A DNA stretch of 64,000 bases, from NCBI GenBank assembly GCA_947652325.1, contig CANTCQ010000001.1:134725-198724 (forward strand), in the 5' to 3' direction. The notes under the pieces are model-generated. The model did not search any database. It saw nothing but the letters and a program-made list of their open reading frames with translations, and had not been told where the DNA came from. This stretch comes from an uncultured Mycoplasmatota bacterium (GTDB lineage Bacteria > Bacillota_I > Bacilli_A > RF39 > UBA660). Positions 35,776 through 45,681 of this stretch are shown one piece after another. Position numbers and translations under genes: made by a program. Within the stretch, counting starts at the first letter, position 1, and every line of letters starts with the position of its first letter.

Positions 35776-36893
35776 TGGATGCAAAAGCATTTTTAAAGGC
35801 GCTTGACCATATAATAGAAGAAAAAAATATAAGTCGAGATGTGGTAATTGAAGCCATGGAGTTAGCTCTTGCCACTGCTTATAAGAAAAATTTTGACTCA
35901 AAGACAAATGTCCGAGTAGATATTAACAGCGATACTGGAGAAATAAAAGTAATTTCTTATCTAGTAGTAGTGGATGATTACGATGATGGGACAGAAGAAG
36001 TGGATGAAGAAGGAAACATAACCAGAATTCCTCCTGCTATTAATGAGGATGCTCAAATTTTACTTGAAGATGCGAGAGAAATTGTTCCAGGCATAAAGGT
36101 AGGAGAAACTATAGAAAAAGAAGTAACTCCAAAAGATTTTGGTCGTGTTGCAACTTCTACTGCTAAGCAAGTGATTAATCAAAAAATAAGAGAAGCTGAA
36201 AGAAATAGCATTATTGAGGAGTTTTCCGATAAAGAAGGCGAAATGATGGTCGGAATGCTTGCCATGGAAGATAGTAAAAATTATTATGTAGACCTGGGAA
36301 GAACAAGAGGAATTTTACCAAAGGGTGAGATGATACCTGATGAAATTGTTACAATGGGTTCTAGTATTAAAGTATATATAAGCAAAGTAGAAGCAACTAC
36401 AAAAGGTCCTCTTATTTTATTAAGTCGAAAACATTATGGCTTTGTTAGAAGATTATTTGAAACAGAAATACCAGAACTTGTGGATGGAAGTATCATGTTA
36501 TATCAAGTGGTGCGCGAAGCAGGTATTCGTAGTAAAGTCGCTGTTTATTCTACTAATGAAAAAATAGACCCAATTGGTGCTTGTATTGGTGAGCGAGGAA
36601 GTCGTATTGGAAGTATTTTAAAAGAATTAAATGGGGAACGTGTTGATTTGGTTTTGTATAGTGAAGATGCAGCAGAGTTTATTAAAAATGCTTTAAGCCC
36701 AGCGAAAGATGTTATCGTAAATATCATAGACCCAATGAAAAAAGAAGCACTTGCTATTGTAAATGATGAAAATTTAAGTTTAGCTATTGGTAAAAAGGGA
36801 AGTAATGTAAAGTTAGCTAGTCGTTTAACAAAATATAAAATTGAAGTAAAAACATTATCTCAAATTAATGCAGAAGGAAATAAAGTGGAATAA
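35775..36893 (+). CDS. nusA: transcription termination/antitermination factor NusA
   Basis: N-terminal domain, S1 domain ('GEMMVGML') and two KH domains ('DPIGACIGERGSRI', 'LAIGKKGSNVKLASRLT'). Confidence 0.95.
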   Translation: MDAKAFLKALDHIIEEKNISRDVVIEAMELALATAYKKNFDSKTNVRVDINSDTGEIKVISYLVVVDDYDDGTEEVDEEGNITRIPPAINEDAQILLEDAREIVPGIKVGETIEKEVTPKDFGRVATSTAKQVINQKIREAERNSIIEEFSDKEGEMMVGMLAMEDSKNYYVDLGRTRGILPKGEMIPDEIVTMGSSIKVYISKVEATTKGPLILLSRKHYGFVRRLFETEIPELVDGSIMLYQVVREAGIRSKVAVYSTNEKIDPIGACIGERGSRIGSILKELNGERVDLVLYSEDAAEFIKNALSPAKDVIVNIIDPMKKEALAIVNDENLSLAIGKKGSNVKLASRLTKYKIEVKTLSQINAEGNKVE

Positions 36894-36894
36894 T

Positions 36895-37281
36895 ATGAGA
36901 ATAGAAAATATAAATCCAGATGGTTATGTTTATACACCTGCTAAAAAAATAGATTTAGGTGATTCTTATTTAATATTTGTATCTGGAGTGCAAGCACCAA
37001 AGGGAAACATAAATGAAGTTGTAACAGAAGATATAAAGGAACAAACAAAATTAGTGTTTGAAGAAATAAATACTATTTTAAAACAAGCGGGTGCTACTTT
37101 AGATAATGTTGTGAAAGCTGTTATATATTTAAAAGACATGAACGATTTTGAAGTAGTCTCTTCAATTCGAACTGAATATTTTAAAAATGCAATGCCAGTT
37201 TCTACAATGGTAGAAGTTGGAGGATTTGTAAGAAGTGGCTCTAGAATTGAAATTGAAGTTACTGCTGTTTTAGAAAAATAA
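36895..37281 (+). CDS. ridA: RidA/YjgF-family enamine/imine deaminase
   Basis: 'LIFVSGVQA', 'TEDIKEQTKLVFEEINTILKQAGATLDNVVKAVIYLKDMNDF', 'RIEIEVTAVL'. Confidence 0.85.
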   Translation: MRIENINPDGYVYTPAKKIDLGDSYLIFVSGVQAPKGNINEVVTEDIKEQTKLVFEEINTILKQAGATLDNVVKAVIYLKDMNDFEVVSSIRTEYFKNAMPVSTMVEVGGFVRSGSRIEIEVTAVLEK

Positions 37282-37731
37282 AGATAAAAGGAGAATATTG
37301 CAAGTAAAACTATTTTCTCATAAAAGTGACCCAAATGGTCGGGGAAGTGGAATTCTTGTCTCTTTTGTTTACGGAGGGTAGTTAGTATAACTCTTTGTAA
37401 AGGAATAGATAAGTTAGATAATAATTAAAACTTTTTAGAAGAAAAAGAACATGAACTATTTTAACAAATAATAATAAGGCATTAAAAAATAAAGTTTTAA
37501 TTTTTGACCATGTGGTACAAGTTTGTTTTATGAATATTTGGTAAAGCAAAGTTTTGGCTAAAGAAACGATAAAATATTTGTAAGCGTACAAGACTTTATG
37601 ATACCTATGAACGGAAAACAGAAAATAATGTAATTATAATAGAAAAAGAAAGATGCAGCGGGAGGAGAGTTAAATCAAAAAACTTTGCGAAAAATATTAA
37701 AATTTTTTAAACTAAGAAAGGAGTGATTTTT

Positions 37732-38010
37732 TTGAAACAAAAAAAAATACCTTTACGAATGTGTGTAGTAACACGAGAAAGATTTGAAAAAAGAGAATTG
37801 TTACGTATTGTAAGAACTCCTGAGGGTGAAATAAAAATAGATATATCGGGTAAAATGAATGGCAAAGGAGCTTATTTAAAAAAGACAAAAGAAGTTATAA
37901 ATAAAGCACGTAAAAATAAAATATTAGATAGAACTTTGGAAATAGTTGTACCAGATAGTTTATATGAAGAGATAATAAGTTGTATAGAAAAGGAAGGTGA
38001 GGCCTTATGA
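37732..38010 (+). CDS. ylxR: YlxR (DUF448) RNA-binding protein
   Basis: 'PLRMCVVTRERFEKRELLRIV' and 'GKGAYL'. AAAGGAG RBS before TTG 37732; the ORF track opens at 37723. The stop overlaps the infB start (ATGA). Confidence 0.85.
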   Translation: MKQKKIPLRMCVVTRERFEKRELLRIVRTPEGEIKIDISGKMNGKGAYLKKTKEVINKARKNKILDRTLEIVVPDSLYEEIISCIEKEGEAL

Positions 38011-40118
38011 TGAGCGTTAGTGAATATGCAAGTAGTGTGGATTTATCCGTAGCTGAGGTACTTAAAAAGGCTGGGGAGTTAGGAATAGAAGTTAAATATG
38101 CGAATGATGAGCTAAGTGATGAAGATGTTATTATTTTAGATAATGCGATTAGTTTAATTAGTACTGATACAGAAGCTACTTTAGAAGATAACGATTCCAT
38201 TGATGAAGTTGTTGAGGATATCATGGCAAGTAGTCATATTGCTGCAATTAATGACACCGAGAAAAAACAAAAACTAAAGAAGAAGAGTCAAATTGCCAGT
38301 AGTAAAGAAGAATACATGAATAAACGTAAAGAAATGTATAAGCATAAAGAAAAGTTAATGACAAATAGTGCAGATGAAAGTGTTATTCTTTACAAAGAAA
38401 ATATGACTGTAAAAGAACTTGCAGAATCTTTAAATATAAATGCAAATGATATTATTAAAAAGCTTATGGGTCTTGGTGTAATGGTAAGTTTAAATCAAGC
38501 TATTGATTATGATAATGCTTCTTTAATTGCCATGGAGTATGATAAAAACTTAAAAAAAGAAGAAACACAAAATGTAGCTAATTTTGAAGAATATGAAATT
38601 ACAGATAATGAAGCTGATTTAATAGAAAGACCTCCTGTTGTAACGATTATGGGACATGTTGACCATGGAAAGACCAGTTTACTAGATTATATTCGCCATT
38701 CTAAGGTAACAGAATCTGAATTTGGAGGAATTACGCAACATATTGGGGCTTATCAAGTAGAGCATAATGGGAGCAAAATTACCTTTATTGACACTCCAGG
38801 ACATGCTGCATTTACAGAAATGCGTGCAAGAGGTGCTAGTGTAACGGATATCGTTATTATTATAGTGGCTGCAGATGATGGAGTAATGCCGCAAACCAAA
38901 GAGGCAATCGATCATGCAAAAGCTGCAGGTGTTCCTATTGTGGTTGCTGTAAATAAAATTGATAAACCAGAAGCGAATAAGGAACGTATTCGCCAAGAGA
39001 TGAGTGAGGCTGGAATAACACCTGAAGAGTGGAGTGGAGAATATCCTTTTGTAGATATCTCTGCAGTAACTGGTGAAGGCATCGACTTACTTTTAGAAAC
39101 GATTCAAACGATTAGTGAAGTGGAAAACTTTAAAGCGAATCCAAATCGTTATGCGGTTGGTTCTGTTATTGAAAGTCGTGTTGATAAAAATATTGGAGGA
39201 GTTGCATCTTTACTTATTCAAAATGGAACACTTCGTTTAGGAGATCCTTTGGTTGTTGGTACATGTTTTGGAAAGGTACGTACAATGAAAAATGATTTAG
39301 GAGAATCAATTGTAAGTGCTGGGCCTTCTACTCCAGTTGAAGTTACAGGATTATCAGATAATCCAAGTGCTGGAGATAAATTTATGGCTTTTGAAACAGA
39401 GAGTGAAGCAAAAAGCGTTGCTAGTAAAAGAACTTCTTTAGCAAGAGAAGCAAAATTAACGAGTACTACTATGTCGTTAGATGATTTATTTAACAAAATT
39501 AGTGCTGGTCAAAAAGAAATTAACGTGGTTTTAAAAACAGATGTCCGTGGAAGTGAAGAAGCGGTTCGTAATGCCTTAGAAAAAATTGATGTGGAAGGCG
39601 TTAAAGTAAAAGTAATACGTAGTGGAATTGGAACGATTACGGAAAGTGATGTTGTGCTTGCGAATGCTAGCAATGCTATTATCATTGGATTTAATGTAAG
39701 TCCTTCTAGTATTACTAAAGAGGTGGCAAAAGAATATAATATCGAGATTCGCCTTTATACTATTATTTATAAAGTAGTAGAAGACATGGAGCTTGCCATG
39801 AAAGGTATGCTTGACCCAGAATTTGAGGAAAGTTCCTTAGGAACTGCTACTATTCGTAAAATTTTTAAATTTTCAAAAGTGGGCAATATTGCAGGTTCTT
39901 ATGTAACAGAAGGAATTATTAAAAATAACGCTCAAGCGAGATTAATTCGCGATGGTATAGTTTTGTATGATGGTAAAATTGCGAGTGTTCAAAGAGAAAA
40001 AGATGTTGTAAAAGAAGTGAAAAAAGGTTTTGAATGTGGTATTACTTTAGAAAACTTTATTGATATTAAAGAAGGAGATATTATAGAAGTTTATGAAATG
40101 GTTGAGGTGAAGAGGTAA
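38007..40118 (+). CDS. infB: translation initiation factor IF-2
   Basis: GTPase motifs '[12 protein letters not shown]', 'DTPGH', 'NKID', and IF-2 C-terminal domains. Confidence 0.97.
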   Translation: MMSVSEYASSVDLSVAEVLKKAGELGIEVKYANDELSDEDVIILDNAISLISTDTEATLEDNDSIDEVVEDIMASSHIAAINDTEKKQKLKKKSQIASSKEEYMNKRKEMYKHKEKLMTNSADESVILYKENMTVKELAESLNINANDIIKKLMGLGVMVSLNQAIDYDNASLIAMEYDKNLKKEETQNVANFEEYEITDNEADLIERPPVVTIMGHVDHGKTSLLDYIRHSKVTESEFGGITQHIGAYQVEHNGSKITFIDTPGHAAFTEMRARGASVTDIVIIIVAADDGVMPQTKEAIDHAKAAGVPIVVAVNKIDKPEANKERIRQEMSEAGITPEEWSGEYPFVDISAVTGEGIDLLLETIQTISEVENFKANPNRYAVGSVIESRVDKNIGGVASLLIQNGTLRLGDPLVVGTCFGKVRTMKNDLGESIVSAGPSTPVEVTGLSDNPSAGDKFMAFETESEAKSVASKRTSLAREAKLTSTTMSLDDLFNKISAGQKEINVVLKTDVRGSEEAVRNALEKIDVEGVKVKVIRSGIGTITESDVVLANASNAIIIGFNVSPSSITKEVAKEYNIEIRLYTIIYKVVEDMELAMKGMLDPEFEESSLGTATIRKIFKFSKVGNIAGSYVTEGIIKNNAQARLIRDGIVLYDGKIASVQREKDVVKEVKKGFECGITLENFIDIKEGDIIEVYEMVEVKR

Positions 40119-40459
40119 TGAGTGTAAAAACAAAACGTATTGCTTCCGAACTTGTAAAAACCATAAGTGAAATTTTAATGGAAGAAGCAAGAGATTCACT
40201 TTTAAAAACGATTACCATTACAGCGGCAGAAGTAACATCTGATTTGTCTTTTGCAAAAGTGTATTTTACAAGTTTAATGGAAATGGACCATAAAAAATTA
40301 GAATCAGAAATGGAAGAAGCATCTTCTTTTATAAGAATACAAGTTGCAGAAAAAATGGATATGCGTAATACTCCTAAATTAAAATTTGTGTATGATGAAT
40401 CTATTTCGTATGGAGAAAAGATAGAAAGTATTATTAAAGAAATACATGATAGTGAATAA
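40118..40459 (+). CDS. rbfA: ribosome-binding factor A
   Basis: 'KRIASELVKTISEIL', 'ITITAAEVTSDLSFAKVYF', 'MRNTPKLKFVYDES'. Confidence 0.9.
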   Translation: MSVKTKRIASELVKTISEILMEEARDSLLKTITITAAEVTSDLSFAKVYFTSLMEMDHKKLESEMEEASSFIRIQVAEKMDMRNTPKLKFVYDESISYGEKIESIIKEIHDSE

Positions 40460-40462
40460 AAA

Positions 40463-41302
40463 ATGAATGGAATAGTTGTTATTAACAAAGAAAAAGATTT
40501 TACCAGTCGAGATGTTATTAACATTTTAAATAAAAAATTTAATACAAAGAAAATCGGTCACACTGGAACACTTGACCCAATGGCAACAGGTGTTTTGGTA
40601 GTATGCATTGGGCGTTATACTAAATTAGTAGACAAAATTACAAGTTATGATAAAGAATATATTGCTTCTATTAAATTTGGTGTAAAAACTGATACATTGG
40701 ATATTACTGGAAAAATATTGGAAAAACAAGAAAATGTAGTTGTGGATAAATGTCTACTTATTAACATTTTAGATTCGTTTTTAGGATATAGTATTCAGGA
40801 AGTTCCTAAATATGCTGCCGTCAAATTAAATGGTAAAAAATTATATGAATATGCTCGAAATAATGAAGAAATTAAGCTTCCAAAAAGAGAGATTGAAGTA
40901 AAGGAAATTGAGTTACTTTCTATGATAAATGATGAAGTTACGTTTCGAGTTGTAGTATCGAAAGGCACGTATATTCGTAGTTTAATCCGAGATATTTGTG
41001 AAAAGCTTGGAGTTATTGGAACTATGTCATCTTTGCATCGTACAAGACAAGGGAACTTTTCCATTGATAAATCTTATTATTTACAAGATATAGAAAACAA
41101 GAATTATCAGTTATTGACGATGGAAGACTTATTTTCTTATCCTTATTATATTTTAAATGAAGAAGAATATAAAAAAGTAAAGAATGGTGCTTTTTTAGAA
41201 TTGAAGGAAGATTATGCTTTTGTTTTTATGCAATACAAGAAAGAAGTCATTGCTATTTATAAATTAGAAGAAAAAAAATACAAACCGTTTTTTATGGTAT
41301 AA
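40463..41302 (+). CDS. truB: tRNA pseudouridine-55 synthase TruB
   Basis: 'GIVVINKEKDFTSRDV', 'KIGHTGTLDPMATGVL' (catalytic Asp), 'GTYIRSL'. Confidence 0.95.
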   Translation: MNGIVVINKEKDFTSRDVINILNKKFNTKKIGHTGTLDPMATGVLVVCIGRYTKLVDKITSYDKEYIASIKFGVKTDTLDITGKILEKQENVVVDKCLLINILDSFLGYSIQEVPKYAAVKLNGKKLYEYARNNEEIKLPKREIEVKEIELLSMINDEVTFRVVVSKGTYIRSLIRDICEKLGVIGTMSSLHRTRQGNFSIDKSYYLQDIENKNYQLLTMEDLFSYPYYILNEEEYKKVKNGAFLELKEDYAFVFMQYKKEVIAIYKLEEKKYKPFFMV

Positions 41303-41303
41303 A

Positions 41304-41340
41304 AAATCAACTTGAAAAGATACTAATAAGTTGATTTTTG
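41304..41340 (+). terminator. intrinsic terminator after truB
   Basis: 10-bp stem AAATCAACTT/AAGTTGATTT followed by TTT. Confidence 0.6.
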
Positions 41341-41440
41341 TAATTAATTATAATATAATGAATAAGAAGTTTATTCTTGGTTAAAACTTTCCTCATGTTT
41401 TAACTCAGATTAAACCAATTATAAAAAAGGAGGAAAAAAT

Positions 41441-41710
41441 ATGTCAATTACAAAAGAAGAAAAGCAAGAAATTATTAAAGAGTTTGGAAAGAATGAACGT
41501 GATTGTGGCTCAACAGAAGTTCAAGTTGCTATTTTAACAAAAAAGATTAATAGTTTAACAGAACATTTAAAAGTTCATATTCATGATTTTCATTCAAAAA
41601 GAGGACTTTTAATGATGGTTGGGAAAAGAAGAAAATTACTTGATTATTTAAAAGAAAACGATGTAGTTTCTTATCGAAACTTAATCGAAAAATTAAATAT
41701 AAGAAAATAA
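41441..41710 (+). CDS. rpsO: 30S ribosomal protein S15
   Basis: '[22 protein letters not shown]+RGLL.MVG+RR.LL.YL' is the S15 signature. AGGAGG RBS. Confidence 0.97.
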   Translation: MSITKEEKQEIIKEFGKNERDCGSTEVQVAILTKKINSLTEHLKVHIHDFHSKRGLLMMVGKRRKLLDYLKENDVVSYRNLIEKLNIRK

Positions 41711-41711
41711 A

Positions 41712-41745
41712 GGCACTTTCTTTTTAAAGTGTCTTTTTTTATTTT
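41712..41745 (+). terminator. hairpin plus T-run between rpsO and pnp
   Basis: Stem GGCACTTT/AAAGTGTC (one G-U pair) followed by TTTTTTTATTTT. Confidence 0.6.
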
Positions 41746-41756
41746 GTGGAGGTATT

Positions 41757-43925
41757 ATGAAAAAAGTATATGAGCTTGATTTTTTAGGAAGAAAATTAGT
41801 AGTGGAAACTGGTGAACTTGCAAAGCAAGCAAATGGTTCTGTTTTGGTAAGATATGGGGATACCGTTATTTTATCCGTATGCGTTATGGGAAAAAATACG
41901 ATTACAGCAGATTTTTTTCCTTTAACTGTTTTGTATCAAGAAAAATTATATTCTGTTGGAAAAATTCCAGGAGGTTTTATAAAAAGGGAAGGAAGGCCTA
42001 CGGATGAGGCAACTCTTGCTGCTCGAATTATTGATAGACCTATAAGACCTATGTTTGATGAGAATTTGCGAAATGAAATTCAAGTTATTAATACTGTTTT
42101 ATCGGTGGACCAAGATAATTCTCCTATTATGGCGGCTTTATTTGGTTCTAGTTTATGTTTAGGAATCAGCGATATTCCTTTTGATGGGCCAGTATCAGGA
42201 GTTGTTGTTGGAAAAATAGGAAAAGAATTTATTATCAATCCAACGAGTGAAGAATTAGAAAGCAGTAGTCTTAATTTAACAGTTGCAGGAACAAAAGATG
42301 CAATTTGTATGGTAGAAGCAGGAGCACAAGAGTTAAGCGAGAAAGATATGTTAGAAGCTATCCTTTTTGGGCATGAACATATCAAAATGTTGTGTACATT
42401 TCAAGAAAAGATTATAAAAGAAGTTGGAGCCGTTAAAAAAGAATTAGCAGTTGTAAAAATTGAGGAAGAATTAGAAACATCTGTTCGAGAGTATGCTACA
42501 AAAGATATGCTTGCGGCAATTCAAATTAAAGATAAGTTAGAAAGTTATGAACATATCGAAGAAGTAAAGACGGCTACTTTAGAAAATTTTGCAGAGATTT
42601 ATGCGGATGATGAAAACATTGAGCAAATCTTAAAAGATGTTAAAAAGATAGTGGATACTATTGAAGGGGAGGAAGTAAGGCGTTTAATTACGGATAAAAA
42701 AATCAGACCTGATGGAAGGAAAATGGATGAAATAAGGCATTTGGATGCTCAAATTGATTTACTTCCAAGACCGCATGGTAGTGCTTTATTTACACGTGGA
42801 GAAACCCAAGCGCTTGCGACAACAACACTTGGTGCAATCGGTGAACATCAAATTTTAGATGGTTTAGGGATTGAAGATACAAAACGTTTTATGCTTCATT
42901 ATAATTTTCCTCAGTTTTCAGTAGGAGAAACAGGAAGATATGGAAGTCCTGGAAGGCGTGAAATAGGTCATGGTGCTTTAGGAGAAAGAGCGCTTGCTCA
43001 AGTTCTTCCTACTGAAGAAGAATTTCCCTATACAATACGTGTCGTAAGTGAAATATTAGAAAGCAATGGTTCAAGTAGCCAAGCAACGATTTGTGCTGGT
43101 TGTCTTTCTTTAATGGCAGCTGGTGTACCTATTAAAAATCCTGTTGCTGGTATTGCCATGGGACTAATTCAAAATGGCAAAAAATACACAATACTTACAG
43201 ATATTGCAGGACTTGAAGACCACATGGGGGATATGGACTTTAAAGTAGCGGGAACACGTGATGGCATTTGTGCTCTCCAAATGGATATTAAAATCAAAGG
43301 TGTTACGAAAGCCATTTTAAAAGAAGCTTTAGCGCAAGCCAAAAAAGCAAGACTTGAAATTTTAGATGTTATGCAAGATTGTATTAAAGAACCAAGGTGT
43401 GAATTATCGCCATATGCCCCTAAAATTGAAACATTTAAGATAGAACCGGAAAAAATTAAAGATGTTATTGGTCGTGGTGGGGAAATGATTACGAAAATTA
43501 TTTTAGAGGCGAGTCATGTTTCGACTGTCAATGATAAAGATGCAGTTAAAGTGGATTTAGAAGATGATGGACGTGTCATTATTTACCATACCGACTTTGA
43601 TATTATTGCCAAAACAAAGGAAATGATTTTAGATGTTGTTCGAGAAGTTGTAGAAGGAGAAATCTATACAGGAACCATTACGAAAGTAGAAGATTTTGGT
43701 TGTTTTGTAGAATTATGGAGTGGTTGTGAAGGATTGGTACACGTTTCGCAACTTGCGCATGAAAGAGTGGAAAAACCAAGTGATGCCTTTAAAGTAGGAG
43801 ACCAAATTGTTGTAAAATCTTTAGGGTATGATAATAGAGGAAGATTAAATCTTTCTCGTAAAGAAGCTCTCCCAAAACCGAAAAAGAGTGAAAAAGAAAA
43901 GAAGGAAAAGAAAAAACATGAATAA
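41757..43925 (+). CDS. pnp: polyribonucleotide nucleotidyltransferase (PNPase)
   Basis: Two RNase PH domains, a KH domain ('IGRGGEMI') and an S1 domain ('YTGTITKVEDFGCFVEL'). Confidence 0.97.
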   Translation: MKKVYELDFLGRKLVVETGELAKQANGSVLVRYGDTVILSVCVMGKNTITADFFPLTVLYQEKLYSVGKIPGGFIKREGRPTDEATLAARIIDRPIRPMFDENLRNEIQVINTVLSVDQDNSPIMAALFGSSLCLGISDIPFDGPVSGVVVGKIGKEFIINPTSEELESSSLNLTVAGTKDAICMVEAGAQELSEKDMLEAILFGHEHIKMLCTFQEKIIKEVGAVKKELAVVKIEEELETSVREYATKDMLAAIQIKDKLESYEHIEEVKTATLENFAEIYADDENIEQILKDVKKIVDTIEGEEVRRLITDKKIRPDGRKMDEIRHLDAQIDLLPRPHGSALFTRGETQALATTTLGAIGEHQILDGLGIEDTKRFMLHYNFPQFSVGETGRYGSPGRREIGHGALGERALAQVLPTEEEFPYTIRVVSEILESNGSSSQATICAGCLSLMAAGVPIKNPVAGIAMGLIQNGKKYTILTDIAGLEDHMGDMDFKVAGTRDGICALQMDIKIKGVTKAILKEALAQAKKARLEILDVMQDCIKEPRCELSPYAPKIETFKIEPEKIKDVIGRGGEMITKIILEASHVSTVNDKDAVKVDLEDDGRVIIYHTDFDIIAKTKEMILDVVREVVEGEIYTGTITKVEDFGCFVELWSGCEGLVHVSQLAHERVEKPSDAFKVGDQIVVKSLGYDNRGRLNLSRKEALPKPKKSEKEKKEKKKHE

Positions 43926-44081
43926 GCCAGTTGCAGGATAGAAGTATCGTCACTTTAAAGGGATGACTGTTACGATATATTAGCTTTTACAGAGCATGCG
44001 TTTTGAATTAATAGAAGAGGCTTAATTGACTTCTTTTTTTTATGCATTAAATAAAAAAAGAAATTTTTTACAATTTCCTTT

Positions 44082-45680
44082 TTATTTTGCTTTTTCAATT
44101 TTATATACAAAAGTAGTATTGGTAGTATTGTTTGAACTAAAACCATTGTATTCTTTGCTTAAATTTACGAGTGTTTTGGTTTTATTGCTATAGCTTTTTA
44201 TAGTACTTCCGTATTTTGTAAGAGGAGTAATGCCTTCTTTATTCAATTTTGAAATTCCGCTTGATAAGGTAGTTACACCTTTTTGTAAAGTGTTCGCTCC
44301 ATTTGTAAGGTTTTTACTTCCATCGTATAATTTTGTAAGACCATTTTTTACTTGGTTAAGTCCACCATTTAATTCGTTTACTCCTTTTTGTAATTCATTT
44401 ATTTTTGTTAAATAACTAGTTAAGCTTTCTACTTGCTTTAGAAGTGGAGTAAGTTTATTTATTAAAGTTTCATAAGTGGTTTCATTAGCATCTAATAGAA
44501 GAATAAGTTCACAATTTATTTTTAAATAAATCGTATTTTCTTCTGTTCCGTTGTAATTTATAAGTGTTGTTTTGTAATAATTCATTAGAGTTTGGTAATC
44601 CATATTTGTCTTAGTAGTTAACGTGTTGATTAAAGCATTTTTAGCCTTTTTGTTTTTTTCTTTTAAGGAATTTAGTCCTGCTAAAGAGTTGTTTATATTC
44701 GCATTTTTTATACTTTCTGCTGCTTTATTAAGCGAAGAAACTGCCGTATCAATGGAACTTTTTAATTCTTTAGAACCTGCTTCTAATTTTTTTACGGCAT
44801 CCAAGGCTATTTTTAGATTTGTGGTAATTTCATTGTTTCCATTTGCAAGAGTTTTGCTACCACTTTCTAATTCTTTTATACCTTTTTCAATGGTATCTAT
44901 ACTTGTTTTTAATGTATCTAAATTTTTAGATAGATTATTCATTTTATCAAATATTTTGAAATCAGTATTTTCAAGCATTTTTGGAGTTGCTACCATATAA
45001 ATATCTGTTGTTTCAAAATTTGTTGTTTTATAAGTGATGATAATGTCTTCTAAACTTTTAAGTTCTTCTACTCCAAAATTTTCATACATTCCAGGGCTTG
45101 CAATGCCAACTACAATATTTTTTGTACCACTGTCTACTATTTTTCCGTTGTTAATTTCTAAGTCTTGGTTGTTTTCACTATTTAAAATCATTCCTAAGGT
45201 TACGACAAATGGAGTATACATTGTTGTGTTTTTTCCATTTACACGAACTGTATTTTTTTCATTGTTTTGAAAATGAATTTTTATTTTAATGTCTCCACTT
45301 TTTCCTAAAATATCTTTGGCGTCTACCATTTTATCATTTAGGAAGTATTCTAGTGTTACTTTGATTGGCAAATCTTTTTCTAATGTTCCACGGTAAAATA
45401 TATCCTTGTTATTTCCTTTCCAAATGATTTGATTTTTATGCAATGTATAGGTTTCTTTTCCATTTATATTTAAAATATTTTTTAGTTCTGTTTCATCTTC
45501 TATTTCATCTGAACTGTTTATAAACAGATGATTGGATACAGAGCTTTTTAGTAAATTACCTGTATATTCTAAATTGGTATAAACTGTTTCCTTTTTAATA
45601 AGGGCATTTGCAGAAAATGCAGGAGTCAAAAGTAGTCCACTAATAATTAAGGGATAAATCCATTTCTTTGTTTTTTTCAT
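44082..45680 (-). CDS. secreted YhgE/Pip-like heptad-repeat protein
   Basis: Signal peptide 'LLLTPAFSANA'. Repeated 'L..G...L..G...L' units ('LESGSKTLANGNNEI', 'LNGGLNQVKNGLTKLYDGSKNLTNGANTLQKGV'). Separated by 1 nt from the MMPL gene. Confidence 0.7.
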   Translation of the reverse strand: MKKTKKWIYPLIISGLLLTPAFSANALIKKETVYTNLEYTGNLLKSSVSNHLFINSSDEIEDETELKNILNINGKETYTLHKNQIIWKGNNKDIFYRGTLEKDLPIKVTLEYFLNDKMVDAKDILGKSGDIKIKIHFQNNEKNTVRVNGKNTTMYTPFVVTLGMILNSENNQDLEINNGKIVDSGTKNIVVGIASPGMYENFGVEELKSLEDIIITYKTTNFETTDIYMVATPKMLENTDFKIFDKMNNLSKNLDTLKTSIDTIEKGIKELESGSKTLANGNNEITTNLKIALDAVKKLEAGSKELKSSIDTAVSSLNKAAESIKNANINNSLAGLNSLKEKNKKAKNALINTLTTKTNMDYQTLMNYYKTTLINYNGTEENTIYLKINCELILLLDANETTYETLINKLTPLLKQVESLTSYLTKINELQKGVNELNGGLNQVKNGLTKLYDGSKNLTNGANTLQKGVTTLSSGISKLNKEGITPLTKYGSTIKSYSNKTKTLVNLSKEYNGFSSNNTTNTTFVYKIEKAK

Positions 45681-45681
45681 T

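Noticed and set aside
36966-37591. Minus-strand ORFs 36966-37334 (122 aa) and 37382-37591 (69 aa)
   Set aside because: The first is antisense to ridA. The second has no RBS and a low-complexity hydrophobic translation. The spacer is still flagged as unexplained.
40081-40524. 147-aa minus-strand ORF
   Set aside because: It is antisense to the infB end, rbfA and the truB start, which are all strongly supported.
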